Positions 27,056 through 39,496 of a stretch of DNA of 64,000 bases are shown piece after piece. Source of the stretch: Nemertoderma westbladi. Taxonomy: Eukaryota; Animalia; Xenacoelomorpha. The notes beneath the pieces are model-generated. The model was given only the letters and a program-made list of their open reading frames with translations, was not told the DNA's origin and ran no database searches. Numbering within the stretch: the first letter of the stretch is position 1; each line of letters begins with the position of its first letter. A program made the position numbers and the translations under genes. The DNA is taken from NCBI GenBank assembly GCA_032718475.1, contig JAUCBJ010002167.1, positions 14,877-78,876 of the forward strand, read 5' to 3'.

Positions 27056-28382
27056 TTTATCAATAACAATTTGAGAGTTCCTTGAGCGGAATTAAAGGCA
27101 GCTTTATATGCCACAGCCATAGGAAAGAATATTACCAAACAGATCGACTATAAACAGGACAGAACCTTCTATTGGACAGATGCTGTACTGGTCCTAGAAT
27201 ATCTCACCAACCAAGGCTGTCAATTTAGAGTCCTTGTTACAAACAGAGTTGCGATTATCCTCAGTTGTACAAATATAGAAAAATGGACACATTGCTCGGT
27301 AGTCATCAATCCAGCCGACATAGCTTCCAGAGGAGCCACACCAAAAGAATACACTGAAACACCTTGTTGGTTGAGTGATCCAGCTTTCCTGAACCAACCA
27401 GATGATAAAAGCCCCCCACATTAGACCCCCTGTGAGATTATATAGGCCAAGGGAGCGGAGAAGGTTAAGACCAAAACTAGTACGGTCAAGGCTACGTTAT
27501 TCAGACCAGCAGTAGATCTGTTGGTATTACATTTATCTGGCACTGTTGATACAGACGATAGATACAGACGAGATAATAAGGAGATCTTGTTAGACCACTC
27601 TCCCAAGACCCAAAGTAAAGAAGTTGCTAGTATGTCATCTAAGGATGTGAAATCCAGTATTCCAGACATTATCCAATGGGCAATGGCCAATTATAGCTCT
27701 TGGAATCATCTTTGCAAAGCCATCACTTATCTAAAAAGGTATTTTCATAAGAGATATAGAAAGCTGAAAGACAAAGACACCCCCAAAAGAACTGAAGTAG
27801 CTAATGCAGTGAAGAACCTTTCCACCTATCGACCATCGACACAGTTTATCCCAGACAGGACAACTCATCAGTTCATGGCGAAATTAGAACACACTATTAT
27901 TTTCAAGGAACCTCGTAGAGCTTTGAAATTAATCTTGCGAAATTGTATCAATGTAGGAAAGCATTTGGTAGGCCTTTAATATAGCGAGAGGCAGAATTAC
28001 CTACCTTTCACTAATACTGGTATGGACTTATTTGGCCAAATAGAAGTATAGAACCATGGTCAAGCAATGGTGCATAATATTTATATGTATGACCTGTAGA
28101 GTGATTTATTCGGATATGGTTAATGACTTATCTATGAATAGTTTCCTACTTCGCTTGCACCAACAGATCGCTCGTTTTGGGACCAGCAACACTATGCGAT
28201 CAGACAAGGGAACTAACTTCATTGGAGCCAATAATGGGATAACTGCTTACATGGAAAACTGGAACACAATCATTTACACATGACAGCTTCCAGCTGGATG
28301 TTCAATGCAGCAGACGCTCATTGATGGGGAGGTAGAGACTCATATGCAGAGTAAAGACTGGGTTTCACTTTGTAGTGCCATG
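27056..28382 (+). mobile_element. BEL/Pao family 1, segment 3 (RNase H to integrase remnant)
   Basis: VP*AELKAA, FYWTDA, NRVAII, NPADIASRG, GMDLFG and RSDKGTNFIGA. The reading continues across the Gypsy TSD. Confidence 0.85.
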
Positions 28383-28723
28383 AGTAGTATATGACGATTC
28401 GTTATCCACTCAGAGTCACCCATAGCCCAGCATTACCATGTTTTCTACTCCTGCTGACTAATCAGAAACCACCATTTCAACCATTACCAGTGGTTGTTAT
28501 TATTTCAACCAGTCAGAAGTCAGCATTTCAACCGCAACCATGGTGAATTCTCAAGTTCCCGCATATTCCGCTAGAGGCATTATTAGTCACCCAGTAAACT
28601 CCCTCTCTACTCCTTCCAACCAATCGCCAGCCTTTATTTTACAGGCGCTCAGGTGTCTACAGGTAACTTCTACTATTTTTCAAATCGCTATTTTTCACCA
28701 ACCAGTATTTTCAAATCTTTTAT
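28383..28723 (+). repeat. Polinton left terminal inverted repeat (truncated internally)
   Basis: Reverse complement of 46859-47198, with about 26 differences by hand count (~92% identity). Confidence 0.93.
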
Positions 28724-31700
28724 CGAGTCGACGCGCGACGACAACGGTGGTTGGAGTACCGAATTCGCCAGCCAGCCACAGGCCGAGGGCAACGGACAGC
28801 CCACCGGAACGGCGACGGTGGGGCTGCCGGTACGACGCCGGACGAGGAAAGGAGGCGGAGTCGGCGAAGATGACGTCGGGACGAGTGATCGGCTACGACG
28901 GGCGTACAACGCCACCAAGAAACTACTTAAGGAGGCCAAGGAGGGGAGAAAGGTAGACCAGCCTAAACTATACCAGAGGCTAGGTGAGTCGAATAAACAC
29001 TTTCGCTATTTAGTCCGTTTTGGACAGGGAGAACTGGTGAGTGAGAGAGCGAGGGGGGTCGCCACAGAACTGTTTGAGTTGTGGCAGTCCGGGGTAATGG
29101 AGCCTGAAGTAGTGTACGTAGGGCCTTACTTAGTGGATAATAGGGGAATTAAGTTAGTGGGTTGGGCGGACCCACACGATGGCGAACCCGAGGTTAACCA
29201 CGAGGATTCGGTGTCGTCGGTTAGCGAGAACCCCAGAAAGTGGGGGGAAGTTAGTAGGACAGAGAGGTGACAGGAGTCCGTCGCGACTGATAAGTCTGCT
29301 ACATCCTCCGCAAAAGCAAGAAGGGTGCTAGAGATAGATCTGGCGTGTGGCGCTAGATCAGCAGGAGTTGGAGAGGCAACTGGACGAGGCAACCGCGTTA
29401 TTAGAGAAAGAGAGAGAGTTAGCAAGGGAATGTAGAGAGAGAGAGCCGAGAGGGTGGCGAGAAACTACAGGGAGCGGGAAGAAAGAGATGAGTGAGCGTA
29501 AAGAGGGCAAGGAGTGGGAGGCGAAAGTAGAGAAAGCGCACGAGGAGCGGGAGGCAAAAGTAGAGAACGAGCGCAAAGAGCGAGAGGCGAAAGTAGAGAA
29601 CGAGCGCAAAGAGCGAGAAGCGAGAGAGGAAGCGAGGCTAGAGAGAGAAACGAACGAGCGTAGAGAGCGGGAGGCGAGGGAGGCAGAATTGGTCAACCAA
29701 AGTTTGAGAGAGGACAGAATAATCCGAATAATAATTCTAATTTAAATGTACAAAATAATCCAAATAATAACCCTAATTCTGAACAAAATAATTTAAATAA
29801 TTTAGGTAACAATATTACGTTAGATAATAACCCAGAGGAAATTAACCAAAATAATATTATTAATAACGGTGCAATTAATACGAACATAGGGGAGACAGGT
29901 GGTCCGGCCAGCAAGAGCCTGCAAGGCCACGTAGTTATGCAGGGAGTAGCAGGGGTGAGTCAACCCAACAAGAGCCTGCAAGGCCACGCAGTCGCACAGG
30001 GAGTAGCGGGGGTGAGTCAACCCAATGGGAGCTTGCAAGGCCACGCAGTCGCACAGGGAGTAGCGGGGGTGAGTCAACCCAATGAGAGCCTGCAAGACCA
30101 CGTAGTCGCACAGAGAGTAGCGGGGGTGAGTCAACCCTACGGGAGCCTGCAAGGCCACGCAGTCGCACAGGGAGAGACAGGGGTGAATAGAACCAGCCAG
30201 GGTAGAGAGAGTGCGTCGACTAGAGAGGGGCGTAGTAGCGAAGTAAGAGGTGGTGAATGGGGGGGGGGGGGGCTATGGAGGGCGAGAGGGGGGCCAGAGA
30301 ATGCCCCACAAGTGTCGGCGGACAATGCGTGCGGCGACTTAGGTGAACCATGGCACCCGACGACAGAGAATGGTAAGGGATTGTGAGTATCCCCAGAAGC
30401 GTCCAACCGGGTAGAGAGATAGAGGTTGGCGCCGTGAGCAGGCAAGCGACAAGACGTCGAGCCCAGTTGGAAGACGGAAGAAGAACAGTGGAGTTTATCC
30501 GGGAGGTCGAAGCGAGATCTCACGAGGGGAATCGCTATACTGAAGAGAGATGAAGTGAAGAGAATAGAAGAAGCGTTGCTACGAGCAGTCGAAGAGGAAG
30601 GACGGATAGTGAACCATCGGTAGTAGAGATGGAGAGTCAGTGGGGTCGAACTCCGGGAGATTGCCATCGCCCCGGAGAGACGCAGCCTGGTGAGATATAT
30701 CACACACCGGGTGAAGGGTACAGGATGTACCGGTGCGAGGACGAGGACAGGAGAGGGGATCGAAGAGAAACTTCCCGACAGGACATAGCTGCCAATCGAG
30801 AGTATGGTGGTCACGGGGAGGACTTCTTGGAATATTCGAGAAGATTAAACTTCGATCCGGAAGGACACAGGCAGACTGCAGGACATACTGTAGGCCTTAC
30901 TGCACATACTATAGGCCATGTTGGAAGAGATCGTGTAGGCGATACGGCAGCGCGGACAACGGGATTAGATCCGGAAGTCGCGGCATACATACCAGTATGT
31001 AGGCAAGAGGTAGATAGGCCTATACCGCTACCTGCACACCAGTATGACTATAATATGCAAGGATATAACATATACCCAGGGGATGGGGGAGCTATGCAGC
31101 TATGGGGGCTAGCAGGGTGACATTCCCCCATTACAATATCGCAATATACTCAACCAAGAACAAAAACCCCAAAACCCTCGGACCAAAATAGATCGTGTGA
31201 CACAGAGATATGGAGGGGACCATTACCCCCAATGATATATCCAATGCAAAAGAAGTCGACAGGCCCGACGGGCGAACTGCACCCGGTAGCAGGGGAATCT
31301 GTACAGCATCCATCGAGCCCACTAGAAGTACAAGCGATGGGAATGTCAACACTCATCGACGTGCTCAAGACCAGGATTGAGCTGCCGCCAGTGGAGCCGT
31401 TCAAATTCGATGGAAGCAGACTGGAAGAATATCTACAATTCCGATGTATGTACAGTAATTAAATATTGACAAAGAACCTGACGCAGGCGGAGTGCCTAAA
31501 ATACTTACAAGTTTATACAGGGGGGCCAGCATATGACATCGTAAGGCAGTACCAAGGTATCGAAGGTGGATTCACGACTGCATGGCGGGCCCTAGACAGG
31601 GAATACGGACATCCTGCTAAGATCATCCAACAAACCTTAAGGGGAATTACATCAGGAAGACTACACCAGTCAGCATCAAGACTTTCGCTAATAAAGTCGA

Positions 31701-34700
31701 GAAGGCGCTGATTGTGCTGAAGACCTTGGATGCGCCTTACGAACTCAATGCATCGAATAACATCACCACAATAGCGCAGGCACTGCCGATCTGGCTAAGA
31801 AACAAGTGGAGGAAGATCGCCTTCTCCACCCGGGAGAAGAAAGGTATGGAACCATGCCTAGAGGAAATGTCGAACTTCCTCAATTACGAGGCGGAACTAA
31901 TCATGGACCCAGTCTATAGCGAGGATAGTCTGGGGAGGGCGCCGAGGGCCAAATACAACAGGCCGAAACCAGAGCATAGTGCGGCAAATGCATTACCAAA
32001 GTTAAGACAATCGCTACCATACGCGACGACGCAGGAGACTGCAAGTCCACAGATAGCCGGGGGTAGGGCCACACCGTGGCATGAACAGGGACAAAATAAT
32101 AACACGAACAAATATAACCCTAACACGCCCAGTAGGCCAAACCCAAATAATAAGAACGCCAGACAGCTAAGTATGAATATACGTGCGATACGCAATACGC
32201 TGTATAGAGAAGGCTATAATCCGAGAAACAAATGCCAATTACACTCGAACGCACTCCATCAGACCATGAACTGCAAGTATTGGCAGGCGTTACCCAAACA
32301 AGATCAGGTTGAATATGCGAACAGAAGTGGAATCTGTCATTGATGTGTGGTAGGCGGACACAATGTTGAACAGTGTAAGGAGACGCCAATAAAATTCGGT
32401 CAAGGCAAAGGTCAAACGATGGTGACAAGTACCATAGGAGCGAAGAAAAGGGGAACGGTACTACTCGGGGTGGTATCGGTAAGGGTGATGGGAGAAGGCA
32501 GCCGATCAGTCACGACATTGATGCTGGTCGACAGCGGAGCAGCCTTTATGCTGGTGGAGAATTGGGTGGCCAAGGAGATAGGGTTACAGACGAGGCCGAG
32601 TAGGATGGCAGTAACTACTATCTCGAGCAAGGATGAGGTCCTGGAGATGAAAACGGGATGGTGCGAGATATCAGCAATAGCACCAGGATGTGATTATGGG
32701 GCGTCCATCGACCCCATTCAAATAATAGATGTAAATATAGAATAATCAATGTAAACGCCAGGCGACCCACCAGGATCGAGGTCGAACAATACCGGTTCCT
32801 GGACGATATTGATTTCTCAATACTGGAAGTGGACGTCTCGAAGGTATCCATCATAGTCAGAATAGATTTTCCGACGGCCCACGAGAGAGTATGGACCATA
32901 TTCGGAGAGAACAGGCAATCCGATGGCGATTCTCACGCCGTTCGGATGGATGCTTAGCGGCCCAATTAAAACCAAAATTCCATTCAGGGTGTCGGAGACA
33001 TCAGGGTGCATGTTTGCAGGGACAATGAGGGAGATGGAGGATGAAGGAGCAGATGAACAGCTTAATAGGCTGTTGAAGCAGGATTTCGAGGGATTAAAGG
33101 AGGCCGGGGTTGGAACCTCAGTAGAAGATAAACAAGCTATAGAGAGCGTAAAGGAGTCGATGAAGCGCAAAGGGGGACGGTACACCATAGGAATGGTGTG
33201 GAAACAACCAAAGGTACTGTTACCAAATAATAAAGGGATAGTACTCACGAGGCACCGCAAACTGAAACAGACGCTCAGACGGAGCCCCGAGAAGGACGAG
33301 TACATCCACAAAACAGCCGTGGAGTTACCGGTCGACGAGCCAAACAAGGACAGGACCTACTATCTGCCACTGCACGTGGCTTTAGATCCAAAGAAGGGTA
33401 AACTGCGGATGGTGGTCGACGCATTGGCCAAAACGAATGGCAAAAGCCTGAACGACTATCTGCTAGAGGGCCCAAACATCTACAACTCAGGGATAGAGGT
33501 CCAGTTGAGATTCAGAAATGGGAGGCACGCCTTCACGTGCGACATTGAAGGCATGTTCAACCAGGTCTGTGTGACGGAAGAAGACAGCGATAGTCAGCGC
33601 TTCCTATGGTACAACGGCGACTAAGAACCATCTGAGTTACCGATGTACAAAATGGTGGTGCAGAACATGGGGGCCAAGTCGTCCTCATTTACAACGACTA
33701 TGGCTGTGAGAGATACGGTAGAGGGCAAGGAAGGAGAGTATAGTGCGAAGGCGATCGATATGATTCGACATGGTTTCTATGTAGATGACGGGATGGGATC
33801 TGGAAACATGGTTGAAGAAATACTGGAGATAGGGCACGAGGTTTGCGACATCCTAAAAGCATCCGGGTTCAACCTTACTAAGTTCCAGTCCCGCTCCGAG
33901 GAATTCATGAAGGCCATAGAGGACAAACGACCAGTAGTGTTAGGGTGGTTACATAATGAGAAGATGAGATACCCTATATTCGTCGCGAACAGGATAGACG
34001 AGATAAGAGCGACGACTGACCTAGAAAGGTGGGATTACTGCCCTACCGACGACAATCCAGCAGATCTGTTATCAAGGGGAAGAGATATACAGCCAGTTGG
34101 TAAGGGAGATCAAGGAAGTGCCACCAAAATCAGAATACCATGCGATAATCCGACGGATAGGTTGCTTAGTTACAGCTCCAGCTGGTACAAGACTAATAAG
34201 TTGGTAGCATATTGGAGGGCCTACGGGGATTTCCTCATGGGAGTTGGCAAGGATACCAAAAGGACGCCAACCATCGATCTGGAAGGAGCGGCTAAAGCCG
34301 TAATACGATATGAGCAAAGAAAGGGGTACACCGACGAAGTGGACAGAGTCAGCAAACAACAACACCTTCATCGAGACAGCGAACTCAACACGTTGTCCCC
34401 GCAGCTGAACGATGATGGGAATCTGGTAATGAATTCCAGGGTGGTGAACAACAAAAACCCAAAATAATCCCCAACAAATCACCAATAGTCCACCAGATCA
34501 TATGGGACTCACATAAATCGATACTACATGGAGGCATAAATCAAACCCTCACGGAGATACGAAGGATGTTCTGGATCACCCAACTTAGGAAGAAGGTGAA
34601 AGCGGTAGTGGGGCAGTGCCAGACCTGACGACGGACGAGAAAGGAGAGGGCCGTACAGGAGATGGCGCCATTACCGGCCAACAGAGTGAGACATCACAAC

Positions 34701-35431
34701 CTGCCATTCACACACTGCGGCGTGGACATGTTCGGGCCGATTAAGATAAAGGTGATGCGACACACAGAGAAACGCTACGGCATTATATTCGTCTGCAACA
34801 ACACAAGAGCGGTGGGAATAGAACTTTCACAGGATGCTACGGCATCGGCATTTATTAATGCCTTGGAGAGGTTTGTTTCCCGCAGAGGGGGAACGCTGAG
34901 GGTGATATATTCAGATAACGGGACCAACTTCGTGGGAGCAGAGAACGAGTTGGCCGAGGCCTTTGACATCCTAGAGGGAGACGATGTCAGGACGGCTGTG
35001 AGAAAGCATCGAGTGAAGTGGGAAAGGAGAATGCCGTACGCGCCACACACACTAGGGTGTGTAGAGAGGCTTGTCGGAAGTTCCAAGCGCTTGAAGACCA
35101 AGCTGATGAACAACCACATGGTCACCGAGGAGGTCACCGAGGTGCGGAGTATTGGAGAAGATGGATAGAAGAGTACCTTCCGACCTTACATAGGAGAAGT
35201 AAGTGGAGAAATACCAATAGAGAGTTGAAGAAGGGTGACTTGGTAATCGTCACTGACGACACAATTATCAATAACCAATGGAGACTAGCGAGAGTGGTAG
35301 ATACTTACCCCGACGAGGATGGAAGAGTCCGGTCGGTGGAAGTGAGGATAGGAGGGAAGATAGGGGCCAAAGATAGGAAGACCTACAGGAGGGCTGTGGG
35401 AAAGTGTTGCCTATTGGAAGGGTTACCTTAG
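28724..35431 (+). mobile_element. BEL/Pao family 2, copy A: 5'-truncated, disrupted gag-pol
   Basis: Gag LPPVEPFKFDG...LDREYG, protease LVDSGA, YYLPLH, SLNDYLLEGP, DIEGMF, FYVDD, NPADLLSRG, integrase GVDMFGP/SDNGTNFVGA, and W..EYLPTL. Stops and internal deletions near 33927 and 35140. Confidence 0.93.
29910..30185 (+). repeat. 57-bp (19-codon) tandem repeat x~5 in gag of copy A
   Basis: Repeated SLQGHAVAQGVAGVSQPNx; absent from copy B. Confidence 0.9.
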
Positions 35432-35596
35432 AGTTTAGTCGTCCAATATGTTGGACTGAGGGTGGTGGGAATGAGGGTGAGACGCCCTTCCCATACATAA
35501 AAAATACAAAAAATAAATAATAAGCAAATAATAAAATAAGAAGCAAGATAGTAGAAAGTTAGAAAGTAATAGAAGTAGATAGTACGTAGCACTAAG

Positions 35597-36125
35597 TAGT
35601 TAGAAGTTAGGGAGTGTGGTATATAGACATACCACGAGAGTAGTAGCAGGGTACATAGTACCGGAGTAGCTGGGTACATAGTACTGTAAGAGGAAGTAGT
35701 TAGAAGTTAGGGAGTGTGATATATAGACATACCACGAGAGTAGTAGCATGGTACATAGTACCATAAGAGGAAGTAGTTAGAAGTTAGGGAGTGTGGTATA
35801 TTGACATACCACGAGAGTAGTAGCAGGGTACATAGTACCATAAGAATGAGAAGTTAGAGAATAGGGAGTGTGGTATATTTACATACCACGAGAGTAGTAG
35901 CAGGGTACACAGTACCGTGAGAGTTAAGTTAGAGATTAGGAAGTGTGGTATATAGACATACCACGAGAGTAGTAGTAGGGTACATAGTACCGAGAGAGTT
36001 AGAAGTTGTGGGCACTGAGGGCGCCACGTAGTAAGAGAGTAGAGGGTATGGTATATAGGTATACCATAAGAGTAGCAGTAGGGTACATAGTACCGTAGAG
36101 GCTGTGGGTATTGAGAGCACCACGA
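35597..36125 (+). repeat. ~78-bp tandem array (about 6 units), each with two hairpins
   Basis: GTGGTAT-N6-ATACCAC and GGTAC-N3-GTACC in each unit, lying between the pol stop and the extra ORF. Confidence 0.9.
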
Positions 36126-36621
36126 AAGGGAGAGGGGGCCACATGGGTAGAGTAGGATAGACTGTGTAGGCCGCACGAGACAGACTATTGTACTGCACAG
36201 CCCATAGTGTAAGTTTAGGATATTTGTTACAGGGCCAGGAAGTTGCCTGGTACGTAGCTAGCACAGTAGAGAATGGCTAGTTTTCCCTGTATACAAACTA
36301 TAGGGGTTATCTAGGTTAAAAATAACCCGCCGATAACTGATAATAGCACAGTAAGAGAGAATAAAATAGTATTAGGAGCAAATTCAACAAATTATGACAA
36401 CAGTAGGCAAGGGATTCTAGAATCATAATTAAAGTAACGGACAGATTTGTAAAATTTAGGAAAATTGGCACTTTGGGGGACGCATACTTAAACATATAGC
36501 ATAAAATAGGGTTTCTAGGAGATAGGCCATTACTGAGCACAAACATCTTGTTAGACAGCACTCATCTAATTGAGCCTTGGTAAGGCACCACCAATAAGGT
36601 GAGCGCGCGAGAAAGTTCGTA

Positions 36622-39062
36622 ATGGTGGAGAGACTAGTTAAGAAGAGAAAGACGGAGAGGAGTGGAAAGGAGATACTAGTGGACTTCACGACGCAGAGGC
36701 ATCTGGCGATTTTCGAGCATTTTTTCAAGCATTTTCACTACGTAGTGAAAGGAGATGATGCAAAGTTCGGGATACCGAAGTATCCGAGGGAACCACCGAG
36801 GAAGGAATGGAAGAGGTTTGTAGAGTCTGTGAGTAGGGGCGGATATATGGTCCTAGACGACGAAGGGACTGTGGAGGACGATGAGGGCCCGAGAAGAGGG
36901 TCGACGGGATCGGCTAGAATCATACTAGTGCATTTGGCTGCGCCAAATGGAGAAATCTTTCTATTCGATCTGGGGACCTACGGGAAGAAGAGCGGGCCGA
37001 GTTGAACCGGCTGCCGAGGGTGGTGCAGGACCTAGTAAGGGAGAAGACTATGGTGAAGGTGGGATTGGCGATCCGCGACGATGCGGAGAGGATCGTCGGA
37101 CCGGAGACCCCCAACCTCCTGGACATGTAAGTGGTCTATATGGCCATGACAGGGCCAGAGGGGTTGGGATTGGTAGATAACACAGGACATTGCGGAGCAG
37201 TGGCGATGGGTCAGCTCATGGGGCTCGTCTGCCACAAGCCGATGGACTGGGGTAAGTTCCGGGGGGAGTATGGAGCAGAACTGGCGAACTCGCTGAAATG
37301 GGGAGCGAGGCCAGGGAAACAGGAGGTGAATCAGTTCCGAAGGGGAGCGATAAAGATATATCAGAAGAGATATATCCTACAGGAGGATTGGATAATGATA
37401 GGTTTACTAAACCTATTCATTTGCCGTGGTTATTGGAAGAGAGCCAATGGTGTTTCTGCTATCAGGAACACCTCATCTGTAATCTACAGAAGAGCCTTTA
37501 AGGTGGCCTTTGAAGGTCTGGTAGACCACCCGGAGCTGAAGGGTGAGTTGGTGTACTACGATAGCCGGCACCTAGTGGACAGAGAGTTGGATACACCATA
37601 CAAGAGGTGGGAGAAGCTGGAAGTGGATAGGGTCGAGGAGAAGAGGCTGGAAGAAATCGCCAGGCGAGAAAGGAGGGAAGCAGACAAGAGAGAGGCGGAT
37701 ATAAGGAGAGAGGAGTACGGGTTCGAAGCCCAGGACTTAGATGAGCTGAGGTGGGGATCAGGGAGCTCGGGCGAGTTTCTGGGGAGGAACTGGGATGGAC
37801 GGAGGGATCGCCAAAACAGTCGACATCGGGATTGCAAGTGATGCCCATACCAGGGGGCTCTGAGGACGATTTCGCAAGGAAGAGACCAAGGGAGCAGGAA
37901 GGGTGGAAAATTTCGGGTGGAAACCAAGGTGGAAAGGGGCACAGTGGATCTACCGGGCTTCCGGGTCTGGATCCACTCCCAGCGAGGGAAGAAGATGACG
38001 ACGATTTTGGGGAGATGCAGCCCATCGAGAGGATCGGCCACTCAGATACAGACTGGGTGGGTGGGGGAGTGGTGACGGCTAGCGGGGCGAGAGCCTTCTG
38101 GGATAAACCCGGCAAGCGGGCCTGGGTGCACGAGGAGCCGGCGATAGATTTCGCGGGGAGCACCATCAGGTTGGGCGAGCAGCCGGGAACGGCGCCACGG
38201 GTAGTGTTTGGGGAGAAGATGACGAGGGGGGAGGAGGACGTGGATATGGGTAGGGACCATAATGTCCAGATGTTTGCTTATCAACGGCTCCACAGACCTA
38301 GGAGACCGCTCGGGGCAAAGGACGACTTGGGGCAGGATTTGTTGATACACGGCTGTGACTACTGTGGGAGGCTGACTCACCAGGAAAAGAGCTGTTTGTA
38401 TCGATTCCAGAAGGGGGCGAGTTGCCTCTACTGCCGCGAGTCGACCCATAGGATGGGTGCGTGTCCTAGGCTGCACAAACCGCTGCTCAAAGTGTAACTT
38501 TCGAAGGCACTATGGGCGCCAGTGTGACTGGATGGACGATGAAGAGACGTTTAAGATCTTCGAGGAGTGGGCCGACGTCGGCGTTATGACGCGGCAGAGG
38601 ATGAAGGCCAAGGAGTTCCGGTGGGGCTTCTTCAACATCAATCCTGGAGCCCACCAGGAGATTATCAAGTGGAGACTGCCATTGACATACCAGGAGGTAG
38701 CGACAGTGGCATCATATGGAGGAGTCATCAATACGCAGAGATACTTGGATAGATGGACGCCAGAGAACAGGGGCGAGTTCAGGGACTTTTTGGCAGAACA
38801 CTTGCCGCAAGCAATGAAAATGATCCTGTGGGACGCTACCAGGGGGAAGCAGGAGGGGCACTTGGAAGGGCCACCTGCAAAGCGTTACCGGGAGTTGATA
38901 ACACCAGCGCCCCAAGAATTGACGATGGGGATTAGCAAGGCGGTAAGGGCGAGAATGAGGAGTCTCAGGGAGGACAAACCAGAGGGAAGGAAGCGGCCCA
39001 GGCAAGATGATGACAGGGGCAAAGAACTAAGATGGTTCCCGAAGATGGGAGGAGCGAACTAG
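36622..39062 (+). pseudogene. Extra ORF of BEL/Pao family 2: DEDDy-like 3'-5' exonuclease + three CCHC zinc knuckles (frameshifted)
   Basis: Joining frames gives YMVLDDEG...IILVHLAAPNGEIFLFDL...LPRVVQDLVREKTMVKVGLAIRDDAERI...YILQED, then CDYCGRLTHQEKSC, CLYCRESTHRMGAC and CSKCNFRRHYGRQC. Confidence 0.7.
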
Positions 39063-39496
39063 AACTCAGGGAGATGTGGGCATGCCTGGAAGGCACCACA
39101 TGTGGGAATGAATACGAACTCCTAAGTGCAAATAATTAAGTGCAATTAGTATGTATGTGTGTAGATAATAAATATAATCAATATGAATATAATCAAAGTA
39201 AGTACTATAGTCATATATAACCTTTTCCAATTAGCTACTGGGATTAGGGACCACTTGACTACGATAACTGGACGAGACACTAGACGGATCCCATTTCTCA
39301 AGTGTGGCCACACTAATGAGGATGTGGGAGCTCCACAGGAGGGTACGGAGGATGTAAACAAATGTGGGTTGAGTATAGGAGAACGGGGGAAGTATGTAGC
39401 GGAGGTGTTGACATGTGTAGAAGTGAGAGGAGTGCAATTCAAGTGTGGGGAGCGAGCAGTAAGAGAGAAAGCGAGGACGAGGTCCGTGAGAGAGAG

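Noticed and set aside
35597-36125. Palindromic repeat array next to a nuclease gene as a CRISPR-like system
   Set aside because: The sequences between hairpins are homologous to one another rather than unique acquired spacers. Kept only as a structured tandem repeat.
37498-38476. Long minus-strand ORFs opposite the extra ORF and gag
   Set aside because: Ser/Pro/Leu-rich shadows of purine-rich plus-strand coding sequence, with no motifs.
36622-39062. Extra ORF as an env gene
   Set aside because: No signal peptide or convincing transmembrane anchor is visible; it carries exonuclease-like and zinc-knuckle motifs instead.
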